Below are positions 26,098 through 39,602 of a stretch of 64,000 nt of DNA, in pieces; position 1 is the first letter of the stretch; the number at the start of each line of letters is the position of its first letter. The stretch comes from Eledone cirrhosa (lineage: Eukaryota): positions 6,944,001 through 7,008,000 of the forward strand of contig OZ024760.1 in the NCBI GenBank assembly GCA_964016885.1. The letters are read 5' to 3'. A program made the position numbers and the translations under genes. The notes beneath the pieces were generated by a model. It did not search any database, had not been told where the DNA came from, and saw nothing but the letters and a program-made list of their open reading frames with translations.

Positions 26098-27550
26098 CCC
26101 TAATCAATAGGCCCTGCAACTTCACATATCGTATCATCAAACACAGTTAAAACCTGCTCACAAAATAGATATAGATTTGAACAGAATTGATTTTTCTAAT
26201 TGATGTTTTATGTCAAGCACAAAACCAAAAACAAAATATGTTGAGCTAAAAATAGTTGAAGTAAAATGAATGATATAATGAATCAAATAAGCTTTGTAAG
26301 CAAATCTTCCCAAACTACTCTCACTACCCTGATATATTAATTAAAGCAATGCTATTAACATCTTCTTCACCATAGTCGTCGTTTTGATGTCTGCATTTGT
26401 TTTGTTTTATTTTTGTTGTATTTGGCAGGTTTGGAGGAAAGGGCTGTGTCCATAGCCGTCTAAGGCAGGAGAGAGAAAGAGAGAGAGAAATTTTGGGAAG
26501 ACTACGAAGTATGCACCTAGTGAAGCCACACTGTAAAGTGTTTGTGATGTTGACATGGCAAAAAGCACCCAGTACTCACTGTAAATAAGGTTAGTGTTAG
26601 GTAGGGCATCCAGCTATAGAAACCAAGCCAAAATCAGTTCTGTATGAGCAAGACATGGTCATCTGATCTAGCATTGCCCACAACAGGACAACCTGTCTAA
26701 CCCATGCTAGTGTGGAAAAATTGACGTAAAACCGTAATGATGATGATGATGATGATGAGCAAGGAGGGAGTTACTGAGGGTTGGAAGGACTAGGTGGTTG
26801 ATTCGGGAGCGGGGAGACGGTGGGATGGGTTTGTTGATAGGGGAGGGCCTGTGGGGATGGGTGTGTTGATACGGAGGTGGGGGAGGGTTGGTAGGTGGGT
26901 TGTTGGATGGGGAGGGGTGTGGGGCCCTGTGAGATGATGGATCAGTTTTAACACAGTGTTCCTCCCCTTGTTGTCGTCATTCATCATTTCCTTTAACACT
27001 TTAACATTTAAACCGGCTGTATCCGGCCAGAATTCTCTCAGCTCTTTCTGTTCAACCAGCCATAACCAGCCACTCATACCAACATTAAAGTATTGTTCTC
27101 AAAATAAATAACATCAAAATCTTGTAGATTCGATATTATCTGAGATAAAGCCTTTACCACAAAAATGCAATAGTATATAAAGAGTAATGTAAATGTTATG
27201 AGGTAAACCCTAACTAACAGCAATCTCCTGGGTTAATAATAATTGTTTCTGTTTTAAGCACAAGGCCAACAATTTTGTGGGAAAGGTAAAGTTGATTAAA
27301 TTGACTCCAGTGTGTTACTGGTACTTTGTTTTATCGACCCCGTAAGGATGAAAGGCAAAGTTAACAGTGGCGGGATTTGAACTCAGAACACAAAGGGCCA
27401 TAACACTATGCTGCAAAGCTTATTGTCTGACGCTCTACTGATTATGCCAATCCACCAATAAACAAGGGTAATTTTTTTACTATTACAGCCACCTCAGAGT
27501 GAGTGCAATAGTAAAATATTTATTGATTTTAAAGTTAGTTAGTTGATAGT

Positions 27551-27963
27551 GGAGGCGTGTGGCCAAGTGGTAAGGATGTTGGACGGTGGTAAGGATGTTG
27601 GACAATCATAAGGTCGTGGGCTCGATTCCTGGTCTTTGTTGCATTGCGTTCTTTAGTGAAATATTTCATTTTATGCTATTCCAGTATACTAACTGAAAAT
27701 GAGTACCAGCAACAATAGCTGGGGGTTTAATCTTGCGATGGGTTGGCATCCTATCCCGAGGGGAGTCTTGTACTCTCAGTTGCTTAGCGCCACAGAAACT
27801 AGGATAAGCACTGGCCTGATAAACCTCAGGGCTTGGGGGCAGATTTTAACTCTGCGATGGACTGGCATCCTGTCCTAGGGGAGTCTTGTACTCTCAGTTG
27901 CTTAAAGTCACGGAAACTGGGAAAAGCACCAGCCTGATGGGCTCGAGTCAGACATTTTAAACT
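27551..27963 (+). mobile_element. tRNA-head SINE whose 3' module (GCGATGG.CTGGCATCC...GAAACT.GGA) is duplicated
   Basis: A/B-box-like head and CORE-like segment, then two tandem 3' modules. This is the family that seeded the 86-bp satellite. Confidence 0.7.
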
Positions 27964-28799
27964 TTAGTTGGTAGGTTTGCTTAAAATTTCTGAAGATGAA
28001 ATATGTTTATCCAATGATAATATTAATAATAATGAAAATTGTGTACAGTGCTTAGGTGCACTACAACTCATCAAAGGTGCATGTATAGTACATAGAATAA
28101 CTTACAAATGTTAGGAAAGTGATATACACACAGATGCATGCGTGCGTGTGTTTGGGGGGGGGGGGGGGTATCAGGTGTAGTGTTGGCAAATTTTGAAGGA
28201 ATATGGCTTTCAAAACCGTCGTAAATCACTCTCAGCCGAGATCTCAATTATACCCGTCTCTAAGGCGGTTGCAATAATAAAGGTTTACCAACATTTAGAG
28301 ATAATGTGTTGTGATTTCCGCTGTTGTGTGGAGTAGATGGGATAAAAAAAAGAAAAACACCGCAAACAATTATTAAAAAAAAAAAAAACACCCACTGAAC
28401 CAAGGGAAGTAACTGAATCCTTGGTGAATTTCCAAGGGAGACAACTTCAAAAATTTAAATGTCAAATTTTCGTCGGATGTTCGAGCAGACCTCTGGTAAA
28501 ACCCATTCCAGTCGTGACCACCCCGTCTTTTTAGAAGTATGTCTACAACTATATGATTAAAAAATTTGAAAAATTTGTATTATTACCCTTGTTTCATCCT
28601 TACCCGGTCGATAAAATAAAGTATCAGTAGCACAGTGGAGTCGATTTAATCGACTTTCCCCTCCCGCAAAATAGTTGACCTTGTGCCTAAACCAGAAACC
28701 CTTATTACACGTCTCCAAGATGGCTATTATTGGAGTTCTCGGTTGAAAGGAAACCACAAAAAAAACAAAAAACAACGAATAATTCACGCCGGTTTTGAA

Positions 28800-29320
28800 G
28801 GCTATGGACATGTGATGCGTATGAAGGATGACAGCTGCATAAAAAGGTGCAGAGCACTAGAAGTTGATGGAAATCGCGGAGTTGGGAGACCCAAGATGAC
28901 CTGGGATGAGGTGATAAAAGCTGACCTTACCCAATTACACCTCTCAAAGGCAATGACACACGACCGTGACTTCTGGCGTCACGCAGTAATACAGAGTACC
29001 CGACCTCCCATGGGTACAAGCTGAAGCATATAGACAATATGCCCCCACTCCCCCCACTGCAAGGTGGTCGTGGAGGTGCCACGGCAAAAAAGCACCCAGC
29101 CCACACTGTAAAATGGACGTGTAGGCGCCACGGAAAAAGCACCCAGCACTCACTGTAAATGAGGTTGGTGTTAGGAAGGGCATCCAGCTGTAGAAATCAA
29201 GCCAAATCAGTTCCTGTATGAGCAAGGCATGGTCAGCCGACCAGACACTGCCCACAACAGGACAACCCGTCTAACCCATGCTAGCGTGGAAGAACGGACG
29301 TAAAACGGTGATGATGATGA
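28800..29320 (+). mobile_element. RTE ORF C-terminus contiguous with a SINE-like 3' UTR
   Basis: YGHVMRMKDDSCIKRC...GRPKMTWDEVI...QSTRPPMGTS*, then ~40-bp subrepeats, GTTAGGAAGGGCATCC and a (TGA)n tail. Confidence 0.85.
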
Positions 29321-29903
29321 TTAATTCATAGCACATAAATCATATTTCACATTCAAAATTGTCACCAAGCCTACAATCAACTGTCATCTCAGACATGGGT
29401 ACCATCATCACCATTGTTTTTACGCCCGTTTTTCCATGTTTGCATGGGTTAGACGGGTCTTTTTCAGCACACCATCTCTCCCCTCACTACAGCCCTTCAT
29501 CATCTCCTCTGTAAGTCTCAGCGATTTGAGATCAGCTTTTACTACCTCTGTCCAAGTCTTCCTTTGTTTACCTCTACTGCAGCTTCTCTCCACTGGGATT
29601 TCCTGGCACTTCTTCACCCGGCGAATGTGATAATAAAAATTCACTAAAATTTCTTCAATTGATCCGGTTGGCTCACCAAGTGAAACCAACCGAGTTCATG
29701 GATGTTATCCAACCATCTTGCTTGTGCCACGATAAAAATCACCTAGTCCACACTGTAATGTGGTTGGTGTTAGGAAGGGCATCCAGCTGTAGAAACCAAG
29801 CCAAAATACTGATTCATATGAGCATGCCATGGTCACCTCACCTGAATTGTCTCATAGCATGACAGCCCGTCTAACCCATGCAAGTGGGAAAAATGGACAT
29901 TAA

Positions 29904-30111
29904 CCCTTTAATGTTCAAACCAGCCAGAATTCTCTACCTCATTCTGTTGAAACTGGCTGTAACTGGTCGCTCAAACTGATGTTAACGTATTGTTCTCAAA
30001 ATAAATACTTTCAAAATCTCAGATTCGATATTATGTGAAATAATTATGCGAGATAAAGTCTTTACCATGAAAATATAATAGTATATATAGAGTAATGTGA
30101 ATACTAAAGGG
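29904..30111 (+). mobile_element. piggyBac-type MITE; family copies at ~26995-27200, 31258-31506 (-), 31660-31853 and 54810-55010
   Basis: TTAA|CCCTTTA ... CTAAAGGG|TTAA. Confidence 0.78.
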
Positions 30112-30321
30112 TTAAATGATGATGATATGTAGAATAATGAATGGGAGCAATATTAGTTTCAGCAGACCGACAAATAACTCCCACACAAGGCATTGATTAA
30201 ACCAAAGCTGTATATAACGGTAGAGAGACTTGCTTAAGATGTCTCACAGTGAGAGAAAGATATCGAAATCTACATTGTCGCATAGTTAAATTTATCACGT
30301 ACATTATAAAATCTGCTCAGC

Positions 30322-30861
30322 TCACACTGTAAAGTGGTAGTAGTGGTGCCATGATAAAATGCACCCAGCAAACTCTATAAAGTAGTAGTGGTGGTGCCAT
30401 GATAAAATACGCCCAGTAGACTCTGTAAAGTAGTAGTGGTGGTGCAATGGTAAAATACACCCAGTCCACACTGTGAAGTGGTAGTAATGGTGCCATGATA
30501 AAATGCACCCAGCACACTCTGTAAAGTGGTAGTGATGGTGCCATCATAAAATACACCCAGCACACACTGTGAAGTGGTAGTGATGGTGTCATGATAAAAT
30601 GCACCCAGCACACTCTATAAAGTGGTAGTGATGGTGTCATGATAAAATACACCCAGCACACTCTGTAAAGTGGTAGTGATGGTGTCATGATAAAATGCAC
30701 CCAGCACACTCTATAAAGTGGTAGTGATGGTGCCATGATAAATGCACCCAGCACACTCTGTAAAGTGGTAGTGATGGTGCCATGATAAATGCACCCAGCA
30801 CACTGTAAAGTGACAGTAGCAGTGTCACAATAAAATACACCCAATACACTCTGTAAAGTGG
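30322..30861. repeat. ~42-bp minisatellite (about 13 copies) derived from the SINE/RTE subrepeat, ending ~35 bp from the HYPK exon 2 donor
   Basis: Tandem CACTCTGTAAAGTGGTAGTGATGGTG(C/T)CATGATAAAAT(G/A)CACCCAGCA. Confidence 0.9.
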
Positions 30862-30896
30862 AAGAAGACAAAGAAGAAGAAGAAGAGATAACTTAC

Positions 30897-31004
30897 AATT
30901 AAATCAACGTCTTCTTTATTAATTTTCACTTTAGAAAGTTCTTTTTCTTTTTCTTGTTTTTCGCTGACTTCTTTTGTTTTTCGATCATTCATCAATTTCA
31001 TGGC
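30897..31004 (-). CDS. HYPK: Huntingtin-interacting protein K, exon 2
   Basis: GTTGTAG acceptor, AMKLMNDRKTKEVSEKQEKEKELSKVKINKEDVDLI, GTAAGT donor. 108 nt, phase 0/0. Confidence 0.95.
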
Positions 31005-32178
31005 CTACAACAACAACAACAGGAATAACAATAACAACAACAGGAATAATAGTAACAACAACAGAAATAACAGTAATAACAAAATCAACAGAAATAACAG
31101 TAATAACAAAATCAACAACAGAAATAACAGTAACAACAATATCAACAACAAGAATAACAGTAACAACAAGAATAATAACAGTATCAGTAATAAAATGAAA
31201 TTTTCAGCTCACACCTATAAAGTTTTAGTTGGTCTCCTATGAAGTTGCATTTCTTTACACCTTTACTATTTACATTACTCTATATATATACTATTTACAT
31301 TACTCTATATATATACTATTGTATTTTCATGATAAACACTTTATCTTACATAATCATCTCACATAATATCGAATCTATGAGATCTTGATGTTATTTATTT
31401 TGAGAACAATACCTTAACATAAGTATGTGCAGCCGGTTACAACCGGTTTGAACAGAAAGAGGTGAGAGAATTCTGGCTAGATATATCTGATTTAAATGCT
31501 AAAGGGTTAAGAGATTTCTAGGGTATTTTATTGATAGGGATCCCCAGTCATAGCATGTTGTTACACCTCATACCACCTATGAGGTTGCATCTCAAAGGAG
31601 GTTTCTTGGATGTTTTAATGATAGGGACCTCAATCCTATCATGTTGTTGTTACACCTCACACCGACCGTATCCAGCTAGAATAAGCTCACATCTTTCTGT
31701 TCAAACTGGCCAAAACCGGCCACTCATACTGATGTTAAGGTATTGTTTTCAAAATATATAACATCAAAATCTCGTAGATTCAATATTATGTGAGATAAAG
31801 CCTTTACCATGAAAATACAATAGTAAATATAGAATAATGTAAATACTAAAGGGTCAATGGTAAGGGCCCCAGTCTTATCAGGTTGTTACACCTCACATAT
31901 ATGTAGCTTTCATTGGCCCAGTCTCATCACAAAAAACAATGTGAAATGAAGTGTCTTGCTCAAGAACCCAACACACCACCCAGTCCAGTAATTGAACCTA
32001 TGGTCATATGATTCTGAGTCTCAAACCCTAATCATGGCCATTTTGATTCTATTTGAGTTGAAATTTGAATTTGGTGATAGGAAGGGCATGCTGTAAAAAA
32101 CCTGTCAAACAAAGGGTTGGAAAGACTCTTCAGTTGTGTCAAAGACATGATAGCTTCTCTGGTGTTGGTGATCGTCAT

Positions 32179-32468
32179 CAGTGGTCTTCAATCTTTTTTA
32201 TACCATGGACCGGCTTCATGCCAGACAATCTTTCTGCGGACCGGTAGTTGCACATGTGTGTTATTTAAGTGCATTTCGATAGAGAGCAATTTATTAAAGG
32301 GAAGAAAAAGTGTATAATTTTTTAACTCTCAAGTAAATCTTTTTAAATTAAAGTCGAATATTCAATTTATCTATTATATAATTTTAAACAAGTTAATTAT
32401 TTCTTTGCGGCTCTGTAGCAAATAATCCACGGACCGGCACTGGTCCACGGCCCGGTGGTTGGGGACCT
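32179..32468. mobile_element. hAT/Charlie-like MITE
   Basis: CAGTGGTCTTCAA...GGTTGGGGACC termini with CCACGGACCGG-type subterminal motifs. The TSD is not clear. Confidence 0.55.
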
Positions 32469-33123
32469 CAATCTACATGATAAACACACACTGTAAAGTG
32501 TTTGGTGATAGGAAGGGCATCCATGAGTAGTGTCAAAGATATGACAAACTCTCTAGGGCTAGTATCACAATAAAATGCCCTAGGTAGAGCATGGAGAATG
32601 AATGTAAGCAAAATATATGTAGGTCCCTGCCTCATGTACGAAGTCAGTAGCCCCACTTGAGTACTGACTCAGTCTGTGAAGAACTGCCAACTCTTACTAG
32701 TGGGAAAGAGAAACAATAAATGATAATGATGATGATGAAGTGGTTGGTGATCATTACATTTTTCAATCAGAGCTAATCTGCAGCTGAATTACTTTAGAGG
32801 TGATATGGTCAAAGTTGAATTTGAAAAACATGCAGTAACATCATCATCACCACCACCACCACAGCTTTCTCTGTTAGCTTGGGCTGGATGGGTCTACATA
32901 GACCAAGTCACGTATGGTCTTGTGTTGTATTGTGCGCACAAAAGTTGTTGTGTCTTTAACACAACTAAAGGGTCCTCCTAACCCATTGTTTGGCAAGCTT
33001 TCTACGACTGTCACCAATAACTTTACAGTGTGTACTGGGTACTTTTATTGTGTAGGTCATCATAATAACCATTTAACATCTGTCTCCCTTGCTAACACAT
33101 GTAAGTGGGATACAGTATTAACT

Positions 33124-33660
33124 TAGCTCTCTAGAATAGACTGCATGGTACCAAGCACCAGAAAGAAGAGCTGTGGTGATCGCAGATAGGCCTCCCTTAA
33201 GTCAGCTCCTAGTTCTCTAGAATTGACTCTGCATGGTACCAAATACTAGAAAGAACTATAGTGATCAGATGAGGGGTTTCTGTAAAACAGCTCCCAGCTC
33301 TCTAGCATTAACTCTTCATGGAACCAAATACTAGAAAAAAGAACTGTGATTATCAAGTCAGGCACAGACCTTCTGTAAGTCAGCACCAGCTCTCTAAAAT
33401 GGGTTCTTCATGCTAACAAATACTAGAAAGACAAACTGTGGAGAACAAAGGAAGCACTTCTATAAGACAGCTCCTAACTCCCTGGAATGGGTTCTTCATG
33501 GTACCAAACACAAGAATGAAGAACTGAAATTAGGTCAGGGGTTTCTATAAGTCAGATCCAGCTCTCTAGAATCGGGTCTTCGTGGTACCAAGCACTAGAA
33601 TGAAGAGCTGTAACGATCAGGTGAGGACCTTCGGTAAGACAGCTTTCAGCTCTCTAAAGT
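33124..33660. repeat. Old degenerate tandem repeat, ~85-90-bp unit, about 6 copies
   Basis: Recurring AGCTCTCTAGAAT...CATGGTACCAA..ACTAGAA. Confidence 0.75.
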
Positions 33661-36031
33661 GAGCTTGTCTTGTCTTTATCAACTGCACCATCTATGTCAG
33701 CTTTCAGATCAACTCTGAAAATTTGAAATCTGCCCAAATTTTCCTTGGCCTTCCTTTACAGCAACTTTCTGTACCTGTGCAATTGTTTCACAACAATCGT
33801 GATCGTCTTGCACATCTTTTCAGGAAATACCAGCAATGGACTGCCTATCAAATTCTCAAGCTTATATTAATAAACGAATGGACAGTTACAGTGCTATTAA
33901 GCATTTTGTCACTTTGATAGATTTATGGTGACATATAATGACAAATAAAACATTTACGATATTTGTTCCAGTTCTTTACATTCCAAGTTCATATCCTGCC
34001 AAGGTTAACTTTGCCTTTCATCCTTACGGGGTTGATAAAATAAAGTACTAATCACGCACTAGGGTCAATTTAATCAACTTCCCCCTCCCCCCAAATTGCT
34101 GGCCTTGTGCCTATATAAGAAACCATTATTTGGTGGATTGGCAGAGTTGTGAGAGCATCAGGCAACACAGTTTGCATATATTTACGTCCCTTTACACTCT
34201 GAGTTCAAATCCCACCGAGGCCAACTTTACCTTTCATTCTTTTGGAGGGCGATAAAATAAAGTACCAGTAATATACTGGGTTAATGGTAAGGGTGTTGAC
34301 TTACAATCATAATTGTTTCTACTTTAGGTACAAGGCCAGCAATTACCCAGTGTATTACTGGTACTTTATTTTATCGACCCCGTAAGGATGAAAGGCAAAG
34401 TCAACCTTGGCGGGATTTGAACTAATATCGTAAAGAGACGTAACTATGCTGGAAAGACTTACAATCATAATGCCATGGGTTCGATTCCTAGGCTGAGTTG
34501 CGTGTTGTGTTCTTGAGCAAAACACTTCATTTCACGTTGCTCCAGTACACTCAGCTGAAAATGAGTACCAGCAATAACTGGGGGTTTAACCCTGCGATGG
34601 ACACGTGTCCTTTCCGGGGGGAAGTCTTGTACTCCCAGTCGTTTCAAGCCATGAAACCAGATAAGCACCAGCTCAATGCGCTGCTTGCAGCGCATGAGGG
34701 CATGCATGCAATGCACTGAAGTCGATTTAATCGACCTTCCTCTTCCCTTCAAATTGCTGGCCTTGTGCCAAATATAGAAACAACTATGAATAGTGCTGCT
34801 AATTTCCACGGGTTTCGCAGGGCAATAAAAAGATTACACTGCTTGTCAGTGTAATGTTTAAATGAGGAAGGAAATGGAAGGCATACTTGAAATATTTAAC
34901 ATAAAGCAATCTTATCAATTTGTGGTTAGAACGTCTCAGGAAAGAATCGCTGGACAGATTTTAAGAGCAAAAGCAACAGGCAGGAGACCCAGAGCAAGAT
35001 GGTTAGATAACATCCATGAGCTTGGCTGGTCACGATTGTGGATCCAGCTGGATCAGTTGGAGACGGTTGCTTCTGATAGGACATGCTGACAGGACTCTCT
35101 CAGGAATAAATGGTCGAAGATTGAAATAAGAACATTTAAAAACAACGGAATTTCCATGGGTCTCACCTAGTTTATGTACAAATTTTTAAAGTTTAGTCAT
35201 GTGCGTTATATATATATATATATATATATATAAAATCAACATTTAACACGCATTAAATGATTTCACACATACACACTATATATATATATATATATATATC
35301 GTATTTCCCTATGATAAGACAGGTTTTATATAATTTTTGCCTGAAAAAAGGCACTTTTTAAAAACATTACCTCGAAAAAAGGTTTATTTTTGGAGTAGGG
35401 TTTTTATTTTGACACCAAAATAAAACAGCGCAAGAGTTTCAATAAAAGTATCATTATGTCAAAAATACGGATGTCAAAAATAAACGATATATATTATAAT
35501 TCATTATATTAGTAATGAACAAGACTTTGGAAATCCGTGTTTTATATTAATTCTTACATACATCTTTCTAACAAAAATGTGCTAGAACTCATTTTCGGGG
35601 TAGACAGCAACCTAAAAATCATGCTAGAGGTTATTTTTGGAGTAGGGAAACCGATATATATATATATAAGCCTTTGCGTGACTTATCGGGAATTTTTATT
35701 TGATAATGCCGGTCTAGTTATGTTGTATAGTTCGAAAAATGGTGATGTTTCCTCGCGTAGAGATCCGTAAAAAGATTATAAAAAAACATTAAGTCAAAAT
35801 TACACGACATTAAAATACTAAAAAGTTAAATGTTTTCACAGGATAGGACATTAATCTATCGCAGGCAAATATTTCCTGATGTTCTGGTATCTAGACGATC
35901 GAAATAAAGAAGGTAGAATTCAAATGTACCTCATGGAAACGTATTTTGTTGATTAATGGGATTTAAGATTGAAAACAATATAAATATATAAATATGAATA
36001 CTCATTTCAGTAAGAGAGTGTTAGAAAATAC

Positions 36032-36098
<67 letters not shown>

Positions 36099-36198
36099 TA
36101 TATATATATAATATATATATACAGTATATATATATCGGTGTGGGAGCACATGTTTGGCGCAGATGGTATTGTAAAGAATACATGTTGATAATACTTAC

Positions 36199-36354
36199 AT
36201 CTTGGATGGTGTTTGAAGATATTTCATATTCTTCGACAAAATCCGTAACCTTCTCTAAATCAGCTGCACCGGAATCATGTTTGGCGACTTTTTTAGCCTT
36301 TGATCCCTTTACGGAATCTTGGTCGTTATTATGAACAGGTTCTTCGGCTGCCAT
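36199..36354 (-). CDS. HYPK: Huntingtin-interacting protein K, exon 1
   Basis: AACATGG Kozak context, MAAEE...KHDSGAADLEKVTDFVEEYEISSNTIQD (HYPK signature HDSGAADLE.VTD), and a GTAAGT donor at 36198. The spliced product is 119 aa. Confidence 0.95.
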
Positions 36355-37787
36355 GTTTTCAATGTGGTTTGTCTGGGGTGTCAGAGTTACGTCCCTTTGG
36401 AGATTCAGACACACGCACTGATTGTCTCCCTTCACACAGAAAATGTAAAACTTGCACACTAATTATTACTGGGAAAATACGTTAAAATTTAACAGAAAAT
36501 ATCTAGATACGAGAAAGAATATTCAATCACCGCCACTTCAATTATACAAAGCTGGTCTATGTGGGACAAAGCTCTCTGACGTGAGCAACAGTAAGTTTTT
36601 TTTAAAATCAATCTTCTTATCGAGTCGCTACATCACACCCATCCAGTGTTGCTCTCAGAGCCTTGCCTGAGATGTTAAGGTTTCAAGGTGGTTAAGTGTG
36701 CACGAATCTCCAAGATTGGGGCAAACTAGAAGGTGCTCCATAGTTTTTATCAATGAAAATCGTGCTTGGTATTTGTTGGGCAATGTTTGGAATTTTTAGT
36801 TTGGCTGAGAATTGGCAGAGTCGTTAAAAACGACAGGAAGAATGATTTATGGTATTCGCTCTGGTTCTTTGCTTTCTCTGAGTTCAAATCCAACTGAGGT
36901 CAGCTTTACCTTTCATCCTTTCGTAGGCTGAACAAGATACTCTCATGGAATGACCAAATAAAGTTTATTTTTCAACATAGTCCCTGGAAAGAAACAATGC
37001 AATTATTAATAAGAAGAGTTGAAATTAATTGTTTCTACGTTAGGCACAAGGCCAGCAATTATCCAGTGCATTACTGGTACTTTATTTTATCGACCCCGTA
37101 AGGATGAAAGGCAAAATCATCCTACGCGGGATTTGAACTCAGATCGTAAAGGGACGTAACTATGCTGGAAAGCATGGCGTCCGACCCTCTACCGATAAGA
37201 AGAGTTGAAATTAATGCATGCAAGATTTCACAGCTCTAGTCAGCTTATAAACTTTTCAGTCAACCCTTTATACCAGTCAAAAACTGGGGTCGATTCTTCT
37301 TCTATATCTCTTTCTCACCTCTGTTTTCTGTTACCCTCGCCTCAATCCTTCTCTGGAAGAAATCTGCTATGTTTAGACCTGGATATGAGATGGGTTCTGT
37401 CAGGTTTCAAAATTCCCAAGACACACTATGTGCCACTATGGCACCCCTACGACTCAATCAGAAGTTACTGGTCCATATTTTCACCTTGTTTTACTTTAGT
37501 GGAGCTACACCTTTCTTCTATTTGTCTGGTTGTTTTCTGTTTTATTGTGTTGATTTGTTGTCCTTTGTTTTTTTAATTTTAATTTTTTGTTTTGAGTCTG
37601 GTGATGTTGAAATCTAGTAAATGCAGGAAAGTTGACTTCAGTTATAAAAGCAATGTAGTAGTATCCCTAGCTTAGTGGTTAGAGCATTGGACTTACAATC
37701 GTGAGTTTGATTCTCAGACCGGACTTTGCATTGTGTTCTTGAGCAAAACACTTTATTTCACATTGCTCCAGTCCACTCAGCTCTAGA

Positions 37788-38050
37788 GCTCCAATACTAT
37801 GGGCATGTGGTTAGAATGTCTCAGGAAAGAAATACTGGACAGATTTTACAGGCAAAAACCAACAGGCAAGAGACCCACGGGTAGACACCGAGCAAGTTGG
37901 TTGGATAACATACATGAGCTTGGCTGGCCTCGCCTGAGGATCCTGCCAGATCAGCTAGAGACAGTTGCTTCTGACAGGACCTGCTGGAGGGAGTATTTGA
38001 GGACCCCCCCCCCCACAACTCTTTCAGGAATAAGTGGGCGAAGAAGAAGA
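37788..38050 (+). mobile_element. Rex3/Expander-like RTE 3' end; another copy at 34918-35120
   Basis: YYGHVVRMSQE...KPTGKRPTGR, with a GAA tail. Confidence 0.75.
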
Positions 38051-38069
38051 CTTTAATTTACAGGCATTA

Positions 38070-38746
38070 CCACTACAACAACAACAAAAACTGTTACTAC
38101 TACTACCATCACTACCAACATCACTATCACCAGAAAACATCACCTTAACTACCACTGATAACACCACCACCAACAACAAACAACTCCTCAACCACCACTA
38201 CCATAACCTCCATCATCATAACCAAACACCACCACCATCAAACACCACCACAACCAAACACCACCACTGCCACCACCAAACACCACCAGCACCAAACACC
38301 ACGACACACCACCACCATCACCACCAAACACCACCACACACCACCACCAAACATCACCACCATCAAACACCACCACCACCACCAAACATCACCAACACCA
38401 AACACCACGACACACCACCACCATCACCACCAAACACCACCACACACCACCACCAAACACCACCACAACCAAACACCACCACCACCACCAAACATCACCA
38501 ACACCAAACACCACCACACACCACCACCATCACCACCAAACACCACCCCACACCACCACCAAACATCACCACCATCAAACACCACCACCACCACCAAACA
38601 TCACCACCATCAAACACCAACACCAGCAAACACCACACCACTACAATCAGCCTCCAAACAACAACACCAACACCAAACACCACACCACACCGCACCACCA
38701 CCATCAAACACCACCACCAACACCACCTCCACCACTACCACCACTA
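38070..38746. repeat. (CAC/CAA)-rich low-complexity tract
   Basis: Read directly from the sequence. Confidence 0.9.
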
Positions 38747-38954
38747 TAATTTTAAGTCTTCACATTTGTCTTGGAGTCACTTATAAACATTTCTTTAACA
38801 AAGGAATCCATTGCTAACAGACATAGGCGGCTACGTCTGTTAGCAATGGATTCCTTTGTTAAAGAAATGTTTATAAGATGGAAGTACGGAATACTCAAGT
38901 TTGAAATATATATATATAAATAAATATATATATATATATATGTATGTATATATG

Positions 38955-39365
38955 TAGGAGGTGAGTTTTATTGTAGTACAATAAAGCAATGCAGATATCG
39001 GATAAGAAGCACTCTACAGTTTGTAGGACTGGAGTATACATAATATATAAGAACAAAAGATGGTTAAAGGAGTTCCATGTATTTTATTATGCGCATTTCA
39101 AAAACAAATATCATCATGCAATAATATTTGTGTTTTCATCAGATAAAACAGGAGGACATGATATGAAGGTTAAAAAACACTTGTGGATAGGTTAAAAAAC
39201 ACTATGTTGATTTAAAACTGAACTATCCACAAGTGTTTTTTAACCTTTATATCATGTCCTCCTGTTATATCTGATGAAAACACAAATATTATTGCATGAT
39301 GATATTTGTTTTTTGAAATGCGCATAATAAAATACATGGAACTCCTTTAACCATCTTTTGTTCTT

Positions 39366-39370
<5 letters not shown>
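38955..39370. mobile_element. Family A element with two head-to-head hammerheads (39080-39148 minus, 39263-39335 plus)
   Basis: Inverted arms ~39045-39190 and 39223-39370, each with CTGATGA...GAAATGCGCATA. Embedded in (TA)n. Confidence 0.8.
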
Positions 39371-39396
<26 letters not shown>

Positions 39397-39567
39397 AATA
39401 TATATATATATATTTTTTTGAATGCATCTCTTCTTTTCATGATATCCGGATTACATTGAGTTCTTCATACAGATTGGACACTACCGTAAACTTTTGGTAG
39501 ATTTATCTACATATATATATATATATATATGTATGTATATATATATGTAAATTTGTATATACGTATG

Positions 39568-39602
<35 letters not shown>

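Noticed and set aside
28203-28805. Possible ~600-bp DNA transposon bounded by TTCAAAACCG / CGGTTTTGAA
   Set aside because: The inverted match is short and imperfect, both ends abut LINE fragments, and no TSD is visible.
36355-36459. N-terminal extension of HYPK, and read-through to 36007, in the ORF track
   Set aside because: It starts at a non-ATG codon. Homology and Kozak context favour the ATG at 36354, and the frame leaves at the GTAAGT donor at 36198.
36577-36584. CRE-like TGACGTGA upstream of HYPK
   Set aside because: A single short motif with unknown transcription start; chance occurrence cannot be excluded.
38034-38786. His/Thr/Pro-rich ORF (also 47641-48553, and the poly-Q ORF at 58345-58599)
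   Set aside because: Low-complexity trinucleotide tracts with no splice or homology support.
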